Assembly: GCA_043228905.1 (NCBI GenBank)
Contig: JBHGNT010000016.1
Coordinates: 5,456,001-5,520,000 of the forward strand
Source of the DNA: Azolla caroliniana
Lineage: Eukaryota; Plantae; Polypodiophyta
DNA length: 64,000 bases
Reading direction: 5' to 3'
The notes under the pieces are model-generated. The model had not been told where the DNA came from and made no database searches. It saw only the letters and a program-made list of their open reading frames with translations. Positions within the stretch are counted from its first letter, which is position 1, and the number at the start of each line of letters is the position of its first letter. Made by a program: the position numbers and the translations under genes. Below, piece by piece: positions 22,244 through 35,200 of the stretch.

Positions 22244-25200
22244 AGCAGATACGCAACAGGGAGAAGGAAAGAGAAACAAACAGCACACTTAATTACAGTA
22301 ATAGTAGATTACAATATTCAGAGATTGCAAACTCTGACGGTTATAACCGGCAAGGTGGCGATGGACCCGACACGGGGATCCCACTCACACACACCGACAG
22401 AACACACCCAACTCAAAGAAACAAAAAGGGGAGAGCCTCTACCGGAAGCGCATGAGTTGTCCACGAAGCAGAGGCAGCGACCTCCCCACCCCATAGAGAC
22501 CGACGATCGGAGGAGAAGAGAGAGCTCGGCACTCGGTCCTACAACACCCTCTCCTCCCTCACGCGCGATCCCGCTTTCATTCCTCTCCCGCTCTTTTATA
22601 GCACAAGGAGGGAGGCCGTTATCACCCGTTACATCATATTAATTCTCTGTCCTTTCGGACAGAGATACAATTCGATTCTCTCCCTATTGAATGCGTGCTA
22701 CCTAGGATTTCACCTCAGCCGACTTGTACCTACCTACTTACTATACAACGAAAAGTGCACTTGCGTGCAAGGGCCGGTTTACACATGCTAAACTCGGTTT
22801 CCACCTAGGGACGGTTTTCTTCACGACAACGTCGAACCCACGATTAGCTTCGTCACTCCTGCTGTTCTTCGGCTCCGATGTTCTCTCCAATTTTGGCTTG
22901 CTCTGCTTGTTCCATCCCGGCTTCTTCCGTTCGATCCGTACAGGCTCCATCTGGCTACTTCACTCTGACTGCCTTCGGCTGCTGGTTTGGTAGCTCTTCC
23001 GGTTGTTCCTCATCGCTAATATTTATGGCCACCATTCTTTTCTCCGCTTCTAACCGCCGGCGCTCCCGCTCGTATCGTTCGAACTGTAATTGTGTTCCGA
23101 GTTGATCATCATCGAGCCTTTCAATCAGCCGTTGGAAAGCTTCGAGGTGAGTGTTAGCCGAATAACAATAGAGAATGAACAAAGGTTTAATGGAAAGCTT
23201 GAAAGAATACATAGAGAACGAGGGAGAGACAGACAGATCAGAACAAGAACTCAATTTAAGAAATACTCTGTACTCTGTACATTCGAATGTGCTCTATGAG
23301 CACTATTTACACAAATCCATAAAGGACTAACCGAAGTACTGAAAAGTACTTCAATGCTCATAACTGATCTCTGACACTAACTCCTAAAAATATGCCTATC
23401 TATTAGGCTAAAATTGTATGCCTCTAACGGCCTACCGGTTCTATACTGATCCGATTCTCTCTGATCCGGCTCTCGGCTTGTTCAGCCGATCCAGCCCACG
23501 TTGAGTTGGTTCACTCAACACCTAATGGCATTGGCGATAAATGCCTTGTTCAAATGCATTTAGTAGGTTGCTTGTTGTACTGTCAAACAATAAGGCCTCT
23601 ATCATGAAGACATACATTTTAGCTTACAAGGATTCTTAATACTAATGAACGAAATCTTTGGGGCAAAAAAATGTCTCTGAGGTGAAAATGGTTGGTAGAC
23701 TAGAATTGCAAAGTCCTTCGGTGGTTGACTTAAGATGGGGTCTTATCATCAACAAATAAGAGAAGAAATTGAGCAAGCATACTTCTTGTCAATTTTTGGA
23801 TGCATGGAAATCTCATCCTTTCTCCAATCCTACTTCTTGGGAATTTGAGAGTAAGTTTCCAAATGTATTTCAAAACTTCATTTAGGGCAAATGTTCTCTC
23901 ATCACTAAAAGTGTCATGGGGATTGCAAAAGAAAGGCATGTCCTATGATTGGGAAGATATTCCTTAGTGTGTACACACCCACATCATGTCTTTGCCAATC
24001 AACGTCATATTCCTTCTCTTCATGACACATCTCATATATTTTGATAAAGAAAACATACAACTAGGTCATGAGACCATAGGATCTAAACAAATATGATTAT
24101 GTATCGTCTCAACCTTAACTGTTAGATCAAGAACTTGCGTACTAGACCCAAGACGAAATTTCATCCTTTTGGCAACACCTTAATCTTGGTACTGGTATCT
24201 TAGATCTTGCAAAAGTAGGTAGGTTCATGTAGTTTTTCATTTTATTATGTTGATTGTTCTCATATATGATATAACACATTTAATTGTAGCTTATTGTACA
24301 CTTACAAAGAGTGTAAATCCAAGCAAAGGAAGAGGCCAGCACTTGAAGTAAAATTGTTGTCGTAACATCTGATTTTGATTTGATGAGACAATGTAATGAT
24401 CCACATAAAACCCTTAGGTTTACCTTAATGCTTGGAAACCCAAAGAACACATAAGCATTTCTCCTTGCTATGCGTATTTTTGTCCCTTTTTTGTCGATCA
24501 TCTTACGTGTTGTTTTATTGTTTTTAACTGTTGAGAGATCAAGCTCAACTTAGTTTAGTTATTTAGTCAACCATGTAACTTCGTAATTACTTATATAGAA
24601 TCTAGTTAGAAGTGTTGACTATAACGCCTTAAATAGGACCTTGTACTTAAGTGGGATATTCTAGATCCTCCACTCCCAAGTACATTTAATATAGGACTTA
24701 CACTTTTATACTTATATTATCCTCACACATGTGCACCCTTGCACATGAGATCTATATATACCTCATTGTAGGTATTTTTGTATTTGATAATGATGTTGCT
24801 AATTTAATATAGAGTTAATCATCCCCCATCTTGTGTTGTTCATAAGTGTAACTTCCTCTCTCTCTTCCTCTCACATACATACATACACACACATATCACT
24901 TAATCTTCCACTTATCAACTAATCACATAATTAGGTACTAGTTAATCATTGCTTAATTACTTACCTAATTATTAACATGGTATCAAAGCGTGTGGTTTAG
25001 AAAATCCACTAAGCCCACCCAACTCCGTGATTGTGTGTTCGAGACGCCAACGACAAAATCCGACTATCGGCTACCGTAGTGCCGCTACATAGCATGTGTA
25101 CATGATCGAAGGAAGAAAAGCAAAAGAAGAGAAGACACTACAATTAACATGAAGACACAAATGGGTAGCTCGCTCCCTAATGAAAAGCTAGACCGGAGCA

Positions 25201-28130
25201 GTTATTCATCTTGGGAGTACAAGATGACCCAATACCTCGTCGGCCAAGGGTATTGGAACTACATCAACGGCGCACCAGAAAATCGACCCGACTCAAAGAA
25301 TGCTGACTACGCAACATGGGAGCAAGCGGCGAGTCGAGTCATGTATTGCTTGGCAACATGTGTCCACGACCACATGCTTAGCCACATATGAGACGCCAAG
25401 ACGCCTAAAGAAGCGTGGGCGAATTTAAAGAAAATTTTCGCCGCCAACACGACCACCTGAAAGCTTCAACTCTGACAAGAGTTGAACAACATTCGGCAAG
25501 AAGATATGTCCATGTCAAATTACACTGCCAAGATCAAGAGCATTTGCGACTCGCTTGGCTCCATCAACATAAATGTTGATGAAGACAAGATAGTTCAGGT
25601 ATGCTTGGGCGGCCTCGCACAACGATTTGATCCATTACGGACGGCAATCTGGGCGAGAGAAAACCCTCCTTCGTTCTTCGACCTCCAATCAATGTTATTG
25701 GTCGAAGAGAACCACATCCGAACCAAGACGAAGAAGTCAGAAGGACAAATGTTCTTCTCAAGCTCGGACGGTGGCCGAGGACGAGGTCACGACAGTAAAA
25801 GAGGCCAATTCGGCCCATCACACGAAGGGAACTCAAACCTTCACAGAAGCCATCAAGGAACCTTCGGAAGAAGGGGGAGCTTCCATGCCGAACAAGGTCG
25901 GCAAACGAGGCATGCAACTTGCAACTATTGCGGCAAAATCGGTCACCGCGAGGAGGAGTGCTGAAAAAGAAGAAACGAGTCGGCTTCAACAAGTCGACAA
26001 CTCACGAATTACGTCGTCAACTCCGAATACGATGATTACGGTGGACTATTCGTAATGAGGCATAGAGCAAACTCTATGTCGGCCTCCAACTCCGCAAGCG
26101 CCTCCAACTCAGAAGTCGTGTGGTTCGTCGATTCCGGCGCCTCACATCACATGACATCTCACGAAGAGTGGTTTCGTGATTTACGAACGCCGGATCAACC
26201 CGACTTCATAGAGACGGGAGACGACACCACACATCCCATTCGGCACATCGGCAATGCCCCATTCAGGAAAGACCAAAGTACTGACACCTAACAAGCTGGA
26301 TGCATGTCGAAAGCGGGTCGGACTAGTAAGACACCCCATGTCGGAGTGAAGGGGGAGTTTGTTAGGAAACAGGTCCCTTCGGATGAGGAATACCCGGCTA
26401 CGGAAGACCCGATGAGAACCGGATGATGAAGACCCGGTGAGAACCGGATGAGGAGTACCCGGATGAGGAGTACCCGGCTACGGATGACCCGGTAAGAACC
26501 GGATGATGAGTGCCCGGCAAGCGCCGGATGATGCAGGCCCGGTGAAGAATGATCACCGGATGAAGGGACATATTCGTAAATATGTTTCTGAGAGTCCATC
26601 GGGGCTATATTTGTAAATAGTTGAAAAGTCATTTTAGTATAAATATGACTTAGGGCAAACTATTGCATGCGTGTGGGTGTTGTCATTCTTGTTGGCGCAA
26701 GATTAGAGCGCAACAGTGTACAGAGAGAGAGAGAGAGAAAGAAACGAAGAGGTCATTGCCTCCGTTGTAACCGCCGCGTGTGGCGAAGATCGTGAGCACG
26801 AGGTCGTTGCCTCCGTTAGCTCACTGTTGTAATCTTTGTGATATAGTGATAGTTCGTAGTCTGTGGGCTGCCATGGTTTTTCCCTAGTTTGGGTTTTCCA
26901 CGTAAACATCCTGTGTACTCTTTCTCTCCTCTGTGTCGTGCATTCATGACGGGAACTGGTCGTTCCTTATGCACAACGCTCGGCCACAACCGAGCTTAGA
27001 ATGGTACACAGAAAACGGGAAATAAAACACGACAAAAAGAAGAGGAAGATACACAGGAGGTTTACGTGGAAAACCCCAAGCTAGGGGAAAAACCACGGCG
27101 GCCCACAGGCTACAAACTGTCACTATGTAGGAATATACAACAGTGAGTTCACTGAGGCACCGACCTCGTGCTCACAAATCTTCGCCACAGGCGGCAATTA
27201 CAACAGAGGCAACGACCTCTTTCTCTCTCTCTCTCTCTCTCTGTACAGTTATGCACACTGATCTTGTGCAAAACAGAAAATGACAACAACTACTAAAAGT
27301 TTGCCCTAAGTCATATTTATACTAATATGACTTTTCGGCTATTTACAAATATAGCCTCGATGGACTCTCAGAAACATATTTACGAATATGTCTCTTCATC
27401 CGGTTCATACCGGGTCTGCACCATCCGGCTCTCCGTAGCCGGGTACTCCTCATCTGGTTCATACCGGGTCTGCACCATCCGGTTGTTCTTCTCCCTTCCC
27501 ATCCGGAGGGACCTGTTGTCAAGACTGAGAGAGAGAAAGAGAGAGAAAAAGAGATAGAGAGATAATTGAAGTGTCATGATAACAGTCACATTATGCATCG
27601 AAAGGATCATGACACTCACATTATGACTCGAAAGGATTTGAACCCACGACCCTGTTGTACACATGTCAAATCCTTAACCATTGTATTAATATTCTTATAT
27701 GTATAGTCTCTAGAATATGAAATCTAATATCATAGGAATATTCTATATTACTCTACATTCTAGAATGACCTAGAATATTCTAGAGTGTTCTATACCACTA
27801 GAACCTTCTAGAATACTCTAGAGATCTGCTAGATTACTCTACATTCTAGGATAACCTAGAATATTCTAGAGAGTTCTCTATTACTTATAAATAGGGATCT
27901 ACCACCCAACCCAAACCTAAATTGGTTCAACGCCATTTTGTAGCCTACTCTTTGTAATCCATTTTACGCTTCAATATAATAATTCTCTTTCAATTATCTC
28001 TCTATCTCTTTTTCTCTCTCTTTCTCTCTCTCAGTCTTGACAGTTTGAACCAATTTTTTTCCTTTCATCTCTTCGTCTTCCACAAACCCTAACAAGTTCT
28101 CTTCTTCCTTCTCCTCTCCCCTCATAAGCT

Positions 28131-28661
28131 ATGGAGTCCGTGAGCAAACAAGAATACATGCGTGTTCTTTCTGAGCTCGACATGCTCACGAATAAATTTG
28201 TGGCATTAGAGCATGAGAATCAAAGGCTACTTGGAGATCTACAACACGTGAGCGCCGAAAAAGCTCAACAATATGAAGAGTTATCACAGCGGGTTCATCA
28301 ACTTGAGGCGACTATATTGTCATTACGAGAGCAAGCGTCGGGGGCTCAGAACTCCCCTAGAGAGCCAAAGATCAGCCTCCCTGCCAAGTTTGATGGTACG
28401 AGGTCTTTATTTCGAGGCTTTTTGAATCAAGTTCGTTTAGTTATTCAGCTACATCCCAATCGGTATCCAACTGATGCTGCTCGTGTGGGATTAGTGGGAA
28501 CTTTGCTATGCGGTACGGCATTAGCATGGTTCGCACCACTTCTCGAGAAGAAATCACCATTGCTGGAGGATTTCGAGGCCTTTGTTAAAGAGTTTCAAGC
28601 TAGTTTCGGAGACACCGACAGCACTAGGACAGCGATAAACAAGATTCGAAGGCTCCGATAA
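28131..28661 (+). pseudogene. gag: Truncated chromovirus gag (coiled coil plus capsid N-part)
   Basis: EPKISLPAKFDGTRSLFRGFLNQV..GTALAWF..FGD..IRRLR, typical of Ty3/sushi-type Gag. Ends at an inverted LTR. Confidence 0.88.
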
Positions 28662-29127
28662 CACTGTCAAGACTGAGAGAGAGAAAGAGAGAGAAAAAGA
28701 GATAGAGAGATAATTGAAAGAGAATTATTATATTGAAGCGTAAAATGGATTACAAAGAGTAGGCTACAAAATGGCGTTGAACCAATTTAGGTTTGGGATG
28801 GGTGGTAGATCCCTATTTATAAGTAATAGAGAACTCTCTAGAATATTCTAGGTTATCCTAGAATGTAGAGTAATCTAGAAGATCTCTAGAGTATTCTAGA
28901 AGGTTCTAGTGGTATAGAACACTCTAGAATATTCTAGGTCATTCTAGAATGTAGAGTAATATAGAATATTCCTATGATATTAGATTTCATATTCTAGAGA
29001 CTATACATATAAGAATATTAATACAATGGTTAAGGATTTGACATGTGTACAACAAGGTCGTGGGTTCAAATCCTTTCGAGTCATAATGTGAGTGTCATGA
29101 TCCTTTCGATGCATGATGTGACTGTTA

Positions 29128-31824
29128 TCATGACACTATCCCCCTTCTTCGACGACACGTCTCACGGGTCGTAGGGTTTGTATTAGGACCTGGTTTACAA
29201 GGATATTGGCGATGAAATGCATTGACGAGTTCTGCAGCATTGGAAAGATTTGTGGCAGGTTCCCAAGTTCGATCATTGGGGGTATAGCCTAGCCAATCGA
29301 CCAAGTAATACAACTTGTTGCGCACGATTTTAGAATCGAGAACGGCAGCAACTTCAAATTCAGGCCCGTCCAAGAACTCGACAGGTGGTGGGGGTGTCGT
29401 AAGACGGCCCGGAATTGAACTTGTAGTATAAGGTTCCAAAAGGGATACATGAAACACCGGATGAAGATGCATGTGCGGAGGGAGGTCAGTAATGAAGTCC
29501 AAGGATATAGACTTCCAAGGTGTTTCCGGAATGGGAAGTGGTTGTAGTAAGCCATAGGGTCGGTGACGAGGATTCTTTGATCGACAACATATATCACAAC
29601 TCCGAACATACTCCTCAACAAAATGACGAAGGCGAGGCCACCAATAGCGTCGAGAAATTAATTCTAGAGTCTTGTGAACTCCAAAATGACCAGCCATTGG
29701 TGAGTCATGGCAATGTTGCAAAACTTGTAGCCGTGGGGGACCATCAGGAACATACAATAAATTTTGTCGAAATAGAAAACCATCATGCCAATAGAACTGA
29801 CAATAGTCATTACGAGGATTTTTCGACTGTGAGCAAGAAGCACGATCCGGGACGATATGATCCAAAACATCCTTGACGAAATCATCAGTGGCCATATGAT
29901 CTCGAATGGAATCAAGAAGAGTGGAATTTTCAAGAGCTGTTGTGGCGTTAACTACCATTAATCGTAATCGATTAGGACCCAAAAGGATTTGTTTTTGATG
30001 CTCAAAAGCAGGTTCCCCTGGACGAAGTTCCATATAAGAGCGCCGAGAAAGAGCATCTGCTTTGCCTTGCTGCATCCCAGGGCGATATATGATGATAAAG
30101 TCGAAGTGAGTCAAAAATTGCGCCCACCGGGCTTGTCGCCGACTCAAGACTCGAGCATTTTGGAAATAAGTCAGGTTCTTATGATCATTGTAGACAATGA
30201 TCTGCTGAGAAGAACCTTCTAGGAAATGTCGCCATTGTTGAAACGAATCCACGATTGCAAGAAGCTCTTTGTCATGGATCTCGTAGTTGATCTCTGCAGC
30301 TTCAAACTTTCGTGAATGAAAGGCGACAGGGTGCAGTTGTCCATCATCTCCAGTCTGCGAGAGGACACTCCCTAGTGCAAAATCGGATGCATCGGCTTCG
30401 AGGATGAAGCGTTTTGTTGGGTCGACATGTGCTAAGATAGGTGCCGTTGTAAATGCTCGTTTTAAGCTTTCGAATGCCTCGGATGCATCTGAACTCCATA
30501 TAAATGGTTGATCTTTATGTGTGAGCTGAGTAAGCGGAAGCACAACCTTGGAATAATCTTTAATAAATTTTCGATAAAAATTTGCAAACCCGAGAAAACA
30601 TTGCACATCACGCACTGAAAGGGGCGTTTGCCACTCTAAAATTGCCTGCACCTTCATGGGGTCCATAGCAATACCATTTGACGATACAACATACCCCAAA
30701 AATTCCACTTGATTCTGGCCGAAACTACACTTTTCTAATTTTGCGTAGAGACCATATTCTCGGAGTCGGCACAGTACTTGACGAACATGTGCATCATGCT
30801 CCTCTTGGGTCTTTGAGTAGATTAAAATATCATCTAGGTAAACTATAGTGAAGATATCAAGAAAATCTCGAAAAATATCGTTCGCCATATGTTGGAAAAC
30901 AGCAGGTGCATTCGTGAGACCAAATGGCATCACTATATACTCAAAATGTCCATAGCGAGTGCGGAAAGCTGTCTTCCATTCATCCCCCGGGCGAATCCGA
31001 ACTAGATTATATGCTCCGCGAAGGTCCAACTTCGTGAAATATTTTGCACCACTGAGACGTTCCAAAAGATTCGGGATTAATGGTAGAGCATATCTATTTC
31101 GGATAGTCACTTTGTTTAGCCCTCGATAATCCACGACCAACTGAAGAGTTCCATTCTTCTTCTTAACGAAGAAGATAGGTGCACCAGCAGGGGATCTAGA
31201 ATGCCGAATGAATCCGTTTGCCAGATTCTCATCAATATATTCCCGCAAAGTCTCTAGCTCTACAGGGGAGAGATTATAAATTGGGCCCCATGGAGGTTCT
31301 TTCCCTGGTTGTAAGTCAATAGGGCAGTCGTATGGCCGATGCTCCGGCAATGTATTGGCCTTCACCTTATCAAAGACATCTGAAAACTCCTTGTATTTCT
31401 CTGGTAGTTTAATATCCGCGTCACGTGAAGTGGATGATGGAGTTGCTACTATTGCGAAGACGAACATGGCCTCGTTCCCCCCTTCCTCCCGCAACTGTCG
31501 TAAAGAGATGGGCGATAACTCCGGGGATCTATTAGCACATGTAGGAGAAAGGGATGCGGGATTTGTGCTTTTTTCCCGAGTCTCCTCAATTGTTCTTTTC
31601 ATCCAATCAATCTTCGGGTTATGGAGTTCAAACCAGGGGAGACCTAGAACTATTGGGTGGTCCGGACTACGAATAATATTGAAAGAGATTAGGCTTGCCA
31701 AATTGCCAAGAACTATCCTAATTGGCTCGGACTCCTCGACTATATCTCCTGATGCTATGGGACGTCCATCGATGACTCCTACGGCTACTGGGTTGGGAAG
31801 CTTATTCAAGATACGAAGAGACAA
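29128..31824 (-). pseudogene. pol: Chromovirus pol (PR C-part, RT, RNase H, IN zinc finger, chromodomain) lacking the integrase core
   Basis: 898-aa ORF with [31 protein letters not shown] and chromodomain FEVAAVLD..YLVDWLGY..TWEP. The protease catalytic motif and most of the integrase DDE core are absent. Confidence 0.93.
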
Positions 31825-32292
31825 AGTGGAAGAGACGAAGAGATAATTGAAAGAGAATTATTATATTGAAGCGTAAAATGGATTACAAAGAGTAGGCTAC
31901 AAAATGGCGTTGAACCAATTTAGGTTTGGGTTGGGTGGTAGATTCCTATTTATAAGTAATAGAGAACTCTCTAGAATATTCTAGGTTATCCTAGAATGTA
32001 GAGTAATCTAGCAGATCTCTAGAGTATTCTAGAAGGTTCTAGTGGTATAGAACACTCTAGAATATTCTAGGTCATTCTAGAATGTAGAGTAATATAGAAT
32101 ATTCCTATGATATTAGATTTCATATTCTAGAGACTATACATATAAGAATATTAATACAATGGTTAAGGATTTGACATGTGTACAACAGGGTCGTGGGTTC
32201 AAATCCTTTCGAGTCATAATGTGAGTGTCATGATCCTTTCGATGCATAATGTGACTGTTATCATGACACCTGTCTCCCAACAAACTCCCCCT

Positions 32293-35200
32293 TCACTCCG
32301 GCATGGGGTGTCTTATCAGTCCGATCCGCTTTCGGCATGCATCCAGCTTGTCGGGTATCAGAACTTTGGTCAACATATCTGACCCGTTCTCAGTCGTGTG
32401 GATCTTCGTCAGCGCGAACTCCTGGTCATCTACTCTTTCCCGGATCCAGTGATATCTTCGTTGGATATGCTTCGTCCGAGAATGGTAGGCCGCATTCTTA
32501 GCAAGGTGGATGGCACTTTGACTGTCGCAATAGAGTCGGTATTCCTCTTGCCAGATACCGAGCTCTCCGATGAAGTCCTTCATCCATAATATTTCCTTAC
32601 CAGCTTCCACAGTTGCCATGTACTCTGCCTCAGTGGTTGACAATGCAACCGTCTTCTGCATCCTCGACTGCCACGAAACAGCTCCCCCTGCATATGTCAT
32701 TACATACCCGGATGTAGACCGGCTGGTATCCACATCAGCCGACATGTCCGAATCGGTGAAACCGTCCAGTTGAGGTTTTCCTGAGCCGAATCGGAGACAC
32801 ATATTTGAAGTGCCCTTCAAATACCGGAGTATCCATTTGACCGCGTTCTAGTGCTCCGTGCCAGGATTGCTCATAAACCGGCTCACCACTCCGACTGCGT
32901 ATCCTATATCCGGTCGGGTACACACCATAGCGTACATCAAGCTCCCGACGACAGAGGCATATGGAATCTTCATCATATCCGCCTTCTCTGCTTTCATCTT
33001 CGGGCTTTGCTTACCGGATAGCTTGCAGTTTGTCGGAAGTGTCGATCCGACCGGTTTCGCTTCTGACATGTTGAACCGGTGAAGCACCTTTGTCACGTAC
33101 TTCTCCTATGACAGCCATAATTGCTTCTTTGGCCGGTTCCGGATGATGTGCATCCCCAGCATCTGTCTTGCCGGACCCAAGTCTTTCATTGAGAAGGTCC
33201 GGTTGAGAGCCTTCTTCAGCATCCGTATTTTGACTTGGTCCCGTCTGACAATCAACATGTCATCCACGTACAGAAGGAGTATCAGGAAGTCGCCTCCTTC
33301 GAACTTCTTCACAAACACACAGTGATCGGCCTGCGTCTTGTGGTACCCTTGATCGATCATGAAGGAGTCGAACTTCCGGTACCATTGTCGGGGAGCCTGC
33401 TTCAGTCCGTACAAGCTCTTCTTCAACCGGCATACCAGGTGCTCCTTCCCTTTCTCCACGAATCCTTCTGGTTGCTGCATGTAGATCTCCTCTTCGAGAT
33501 CGTCGTGAAGGAATGTCGTCTTCACGTCCAGCTGCTCTACCTCGAGGTCCATGCTTGCTGCTATACTCAGCACCGTCCGGATGGAGGTCATCTTTACTAC
33601 CGGGGCAAATATCTCGTCGAAGTCCACGCCCTTCTTCTGCTGGAACCCCTTCACCACGATCCTGGCTTTGTATCTCGGGGGTTTGCCAGCATCTCCCGGT
33701 TTCAACTTGTACACCCACTTGTTTCAGAGTGCCCGCTTTCCTTTCGGCAACTCCACCAATTCGTACGTATGGTTCTCATGCAAGGAATCCATCTCGTCCT
33801 GCATGGCACTTAACCATTTTCGGTTGTGGGTGTCATCCTTCGCTTCTTCGAAGCTTTCCGGCTCCCCCTCATCGGTCAGCAGAACATGCTCTGCATCCGG
33901 AAATCTCCGGGGGGCCCTTCTTTCTCTGAGAGGATATCTTCGTCTTCGGGCTTCGGTAACCGGCTCCTCCACTTGCTCTTCATCCGAATCCGATTCGGGG
34001 TCTTGGCCGGTTCCGGTTTCGGCTTCCTCTACTTCTTCTTCTGCCTGTTCGGTATCCTCACCGTAACCGGCTGGTCCCCCGAGTGCTAACCGGTCTCTTG
34101 CCGGTTGGGTCTGCTCATCGTAGAGTCGATCCTTACTAGTCGACTCGGAGTTCATTATCTTCTTCTCCGACTCCCAGTCGGCGAGCGTCTTGTCCTCCAT
34201 CAAGATAATATCTCGACTCCGGAATACCTTCTTGTCGACCGGGTCCCACACTCGGTAGCCGAACTCATCGTCACCGTAACCGAGGAATATGCATGGCCGG
34301 GTCTTTGGATCTAACTTTCCTCTCCGGTCCTTAGCTACATACACGTACGCGAGACACCCCAACACCTTCAGATGCCGGTAGGACACTTCCTTACCGATCC
34401 ATACTCTTTGTGGCGTGTCTCCGTCCAAGGGTACTGAGGGTGATCTGTTTATCACATATGTCGCCGTCGACAGTGCCTCAGCCCAAAACTTCTTGGGTAG
34501 TTTTGCATGCGCTAGCATACTCCGGACCCTCTCCATTATGGTCCGGTTCATCCTCTCGGCCAGTCCGTTTAGTTCCGGTGTCTTCGGAACGGTAAATTTG
34601 AGCTGGATTCCCTTTGAGTGGCAGTACTCCTCGAACTGCCCCCGGTACTCTCCTCCGTTATCTGCTCGGACCGCCTTCAGCTTCCAGCCGGTTTCTCTTT
34701 CCACTCTCGCGTGGAGCTCTTTGAAGACGGATAGCACCTGATCCTTCGTCTTCAACGGTGTGGCCCATAGCTTCCGGTTGTGGTCATCTATGAAGGTCAC
34801 GAAGTACTGCGCTCTGGCATGTGACTTCGTGTCTACTTGACACACATCCGTATGCACCAACTCCAGTGGTGCATTACGTCTCATCGGTGGCCTTGGTCGG
34901 AAGGAGGTCCGGTTCTGCTTACCGGCCAGACAATCAGTGCACTTCTCTAAGTGCACGTTCTTCACTGGAATGAGGTTGTCGTCTACAAGCCTGTTCATCC
35001 CCTTCTCGCTCATATGACACAGCCTCTTGTGCCACAGCTCACCGGCAGTGTCGGATGCCACGTTCACTTCTTCCGGACATAACCGGGCATTCATCAGGTA
35101 CAGTGTGTTTACCTTCCGGGCCTGAGCCACAATCAGGCTCCCTTTGTTGAACTTCATGACACCGTTCCGGATGCTACCCATGTAGCCTTCATCATCTAGC

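Larger units (their letters stand above)
14791..22828 (-). mobile_element. Deleted tRNA-Trp gypsy element related to 6299-13572
   Basis: TSD ACGT at 14787-14790 and 22829-22832. 5' LTR = 17163-17182 plus 22146-22828, split by a nested insertion. PBS ~17141-17158. pol and all but the last ~68 bp of the 3' LTR (14791-14858) are deleted. Confidence 0.9.
27517..32268 (-). mobile_element. Rearranged Ty3/gypsy chromovirus (Tcn1/Tf1-sushi-like) complex nested in copia C's 3' LTR
   Basis: TSD CCTGT at 27512-27516 and 32269-32273. 471-bp LTR (TGTCATG...CTTGACA) at 27572-28042 (+) and 28665-29135 (-), with partial copies at 27517-27570 (-) and ~31840-32268 (-). PPT 29136-29150. Confidence 0.92.

Noticed and set aside
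23152-23520. Possible LTR (TGTTAG...TCAACA) with an adjacent coding-like fragment at 22833-23151
   Set aside because: No matching TSD, PBS or second copy in the window, so it cannot be supported.
23730-23939. FLLLFVDD as a LINE RT remnant
   Set aside because: A single short motif with no other RT blocks recognisable.
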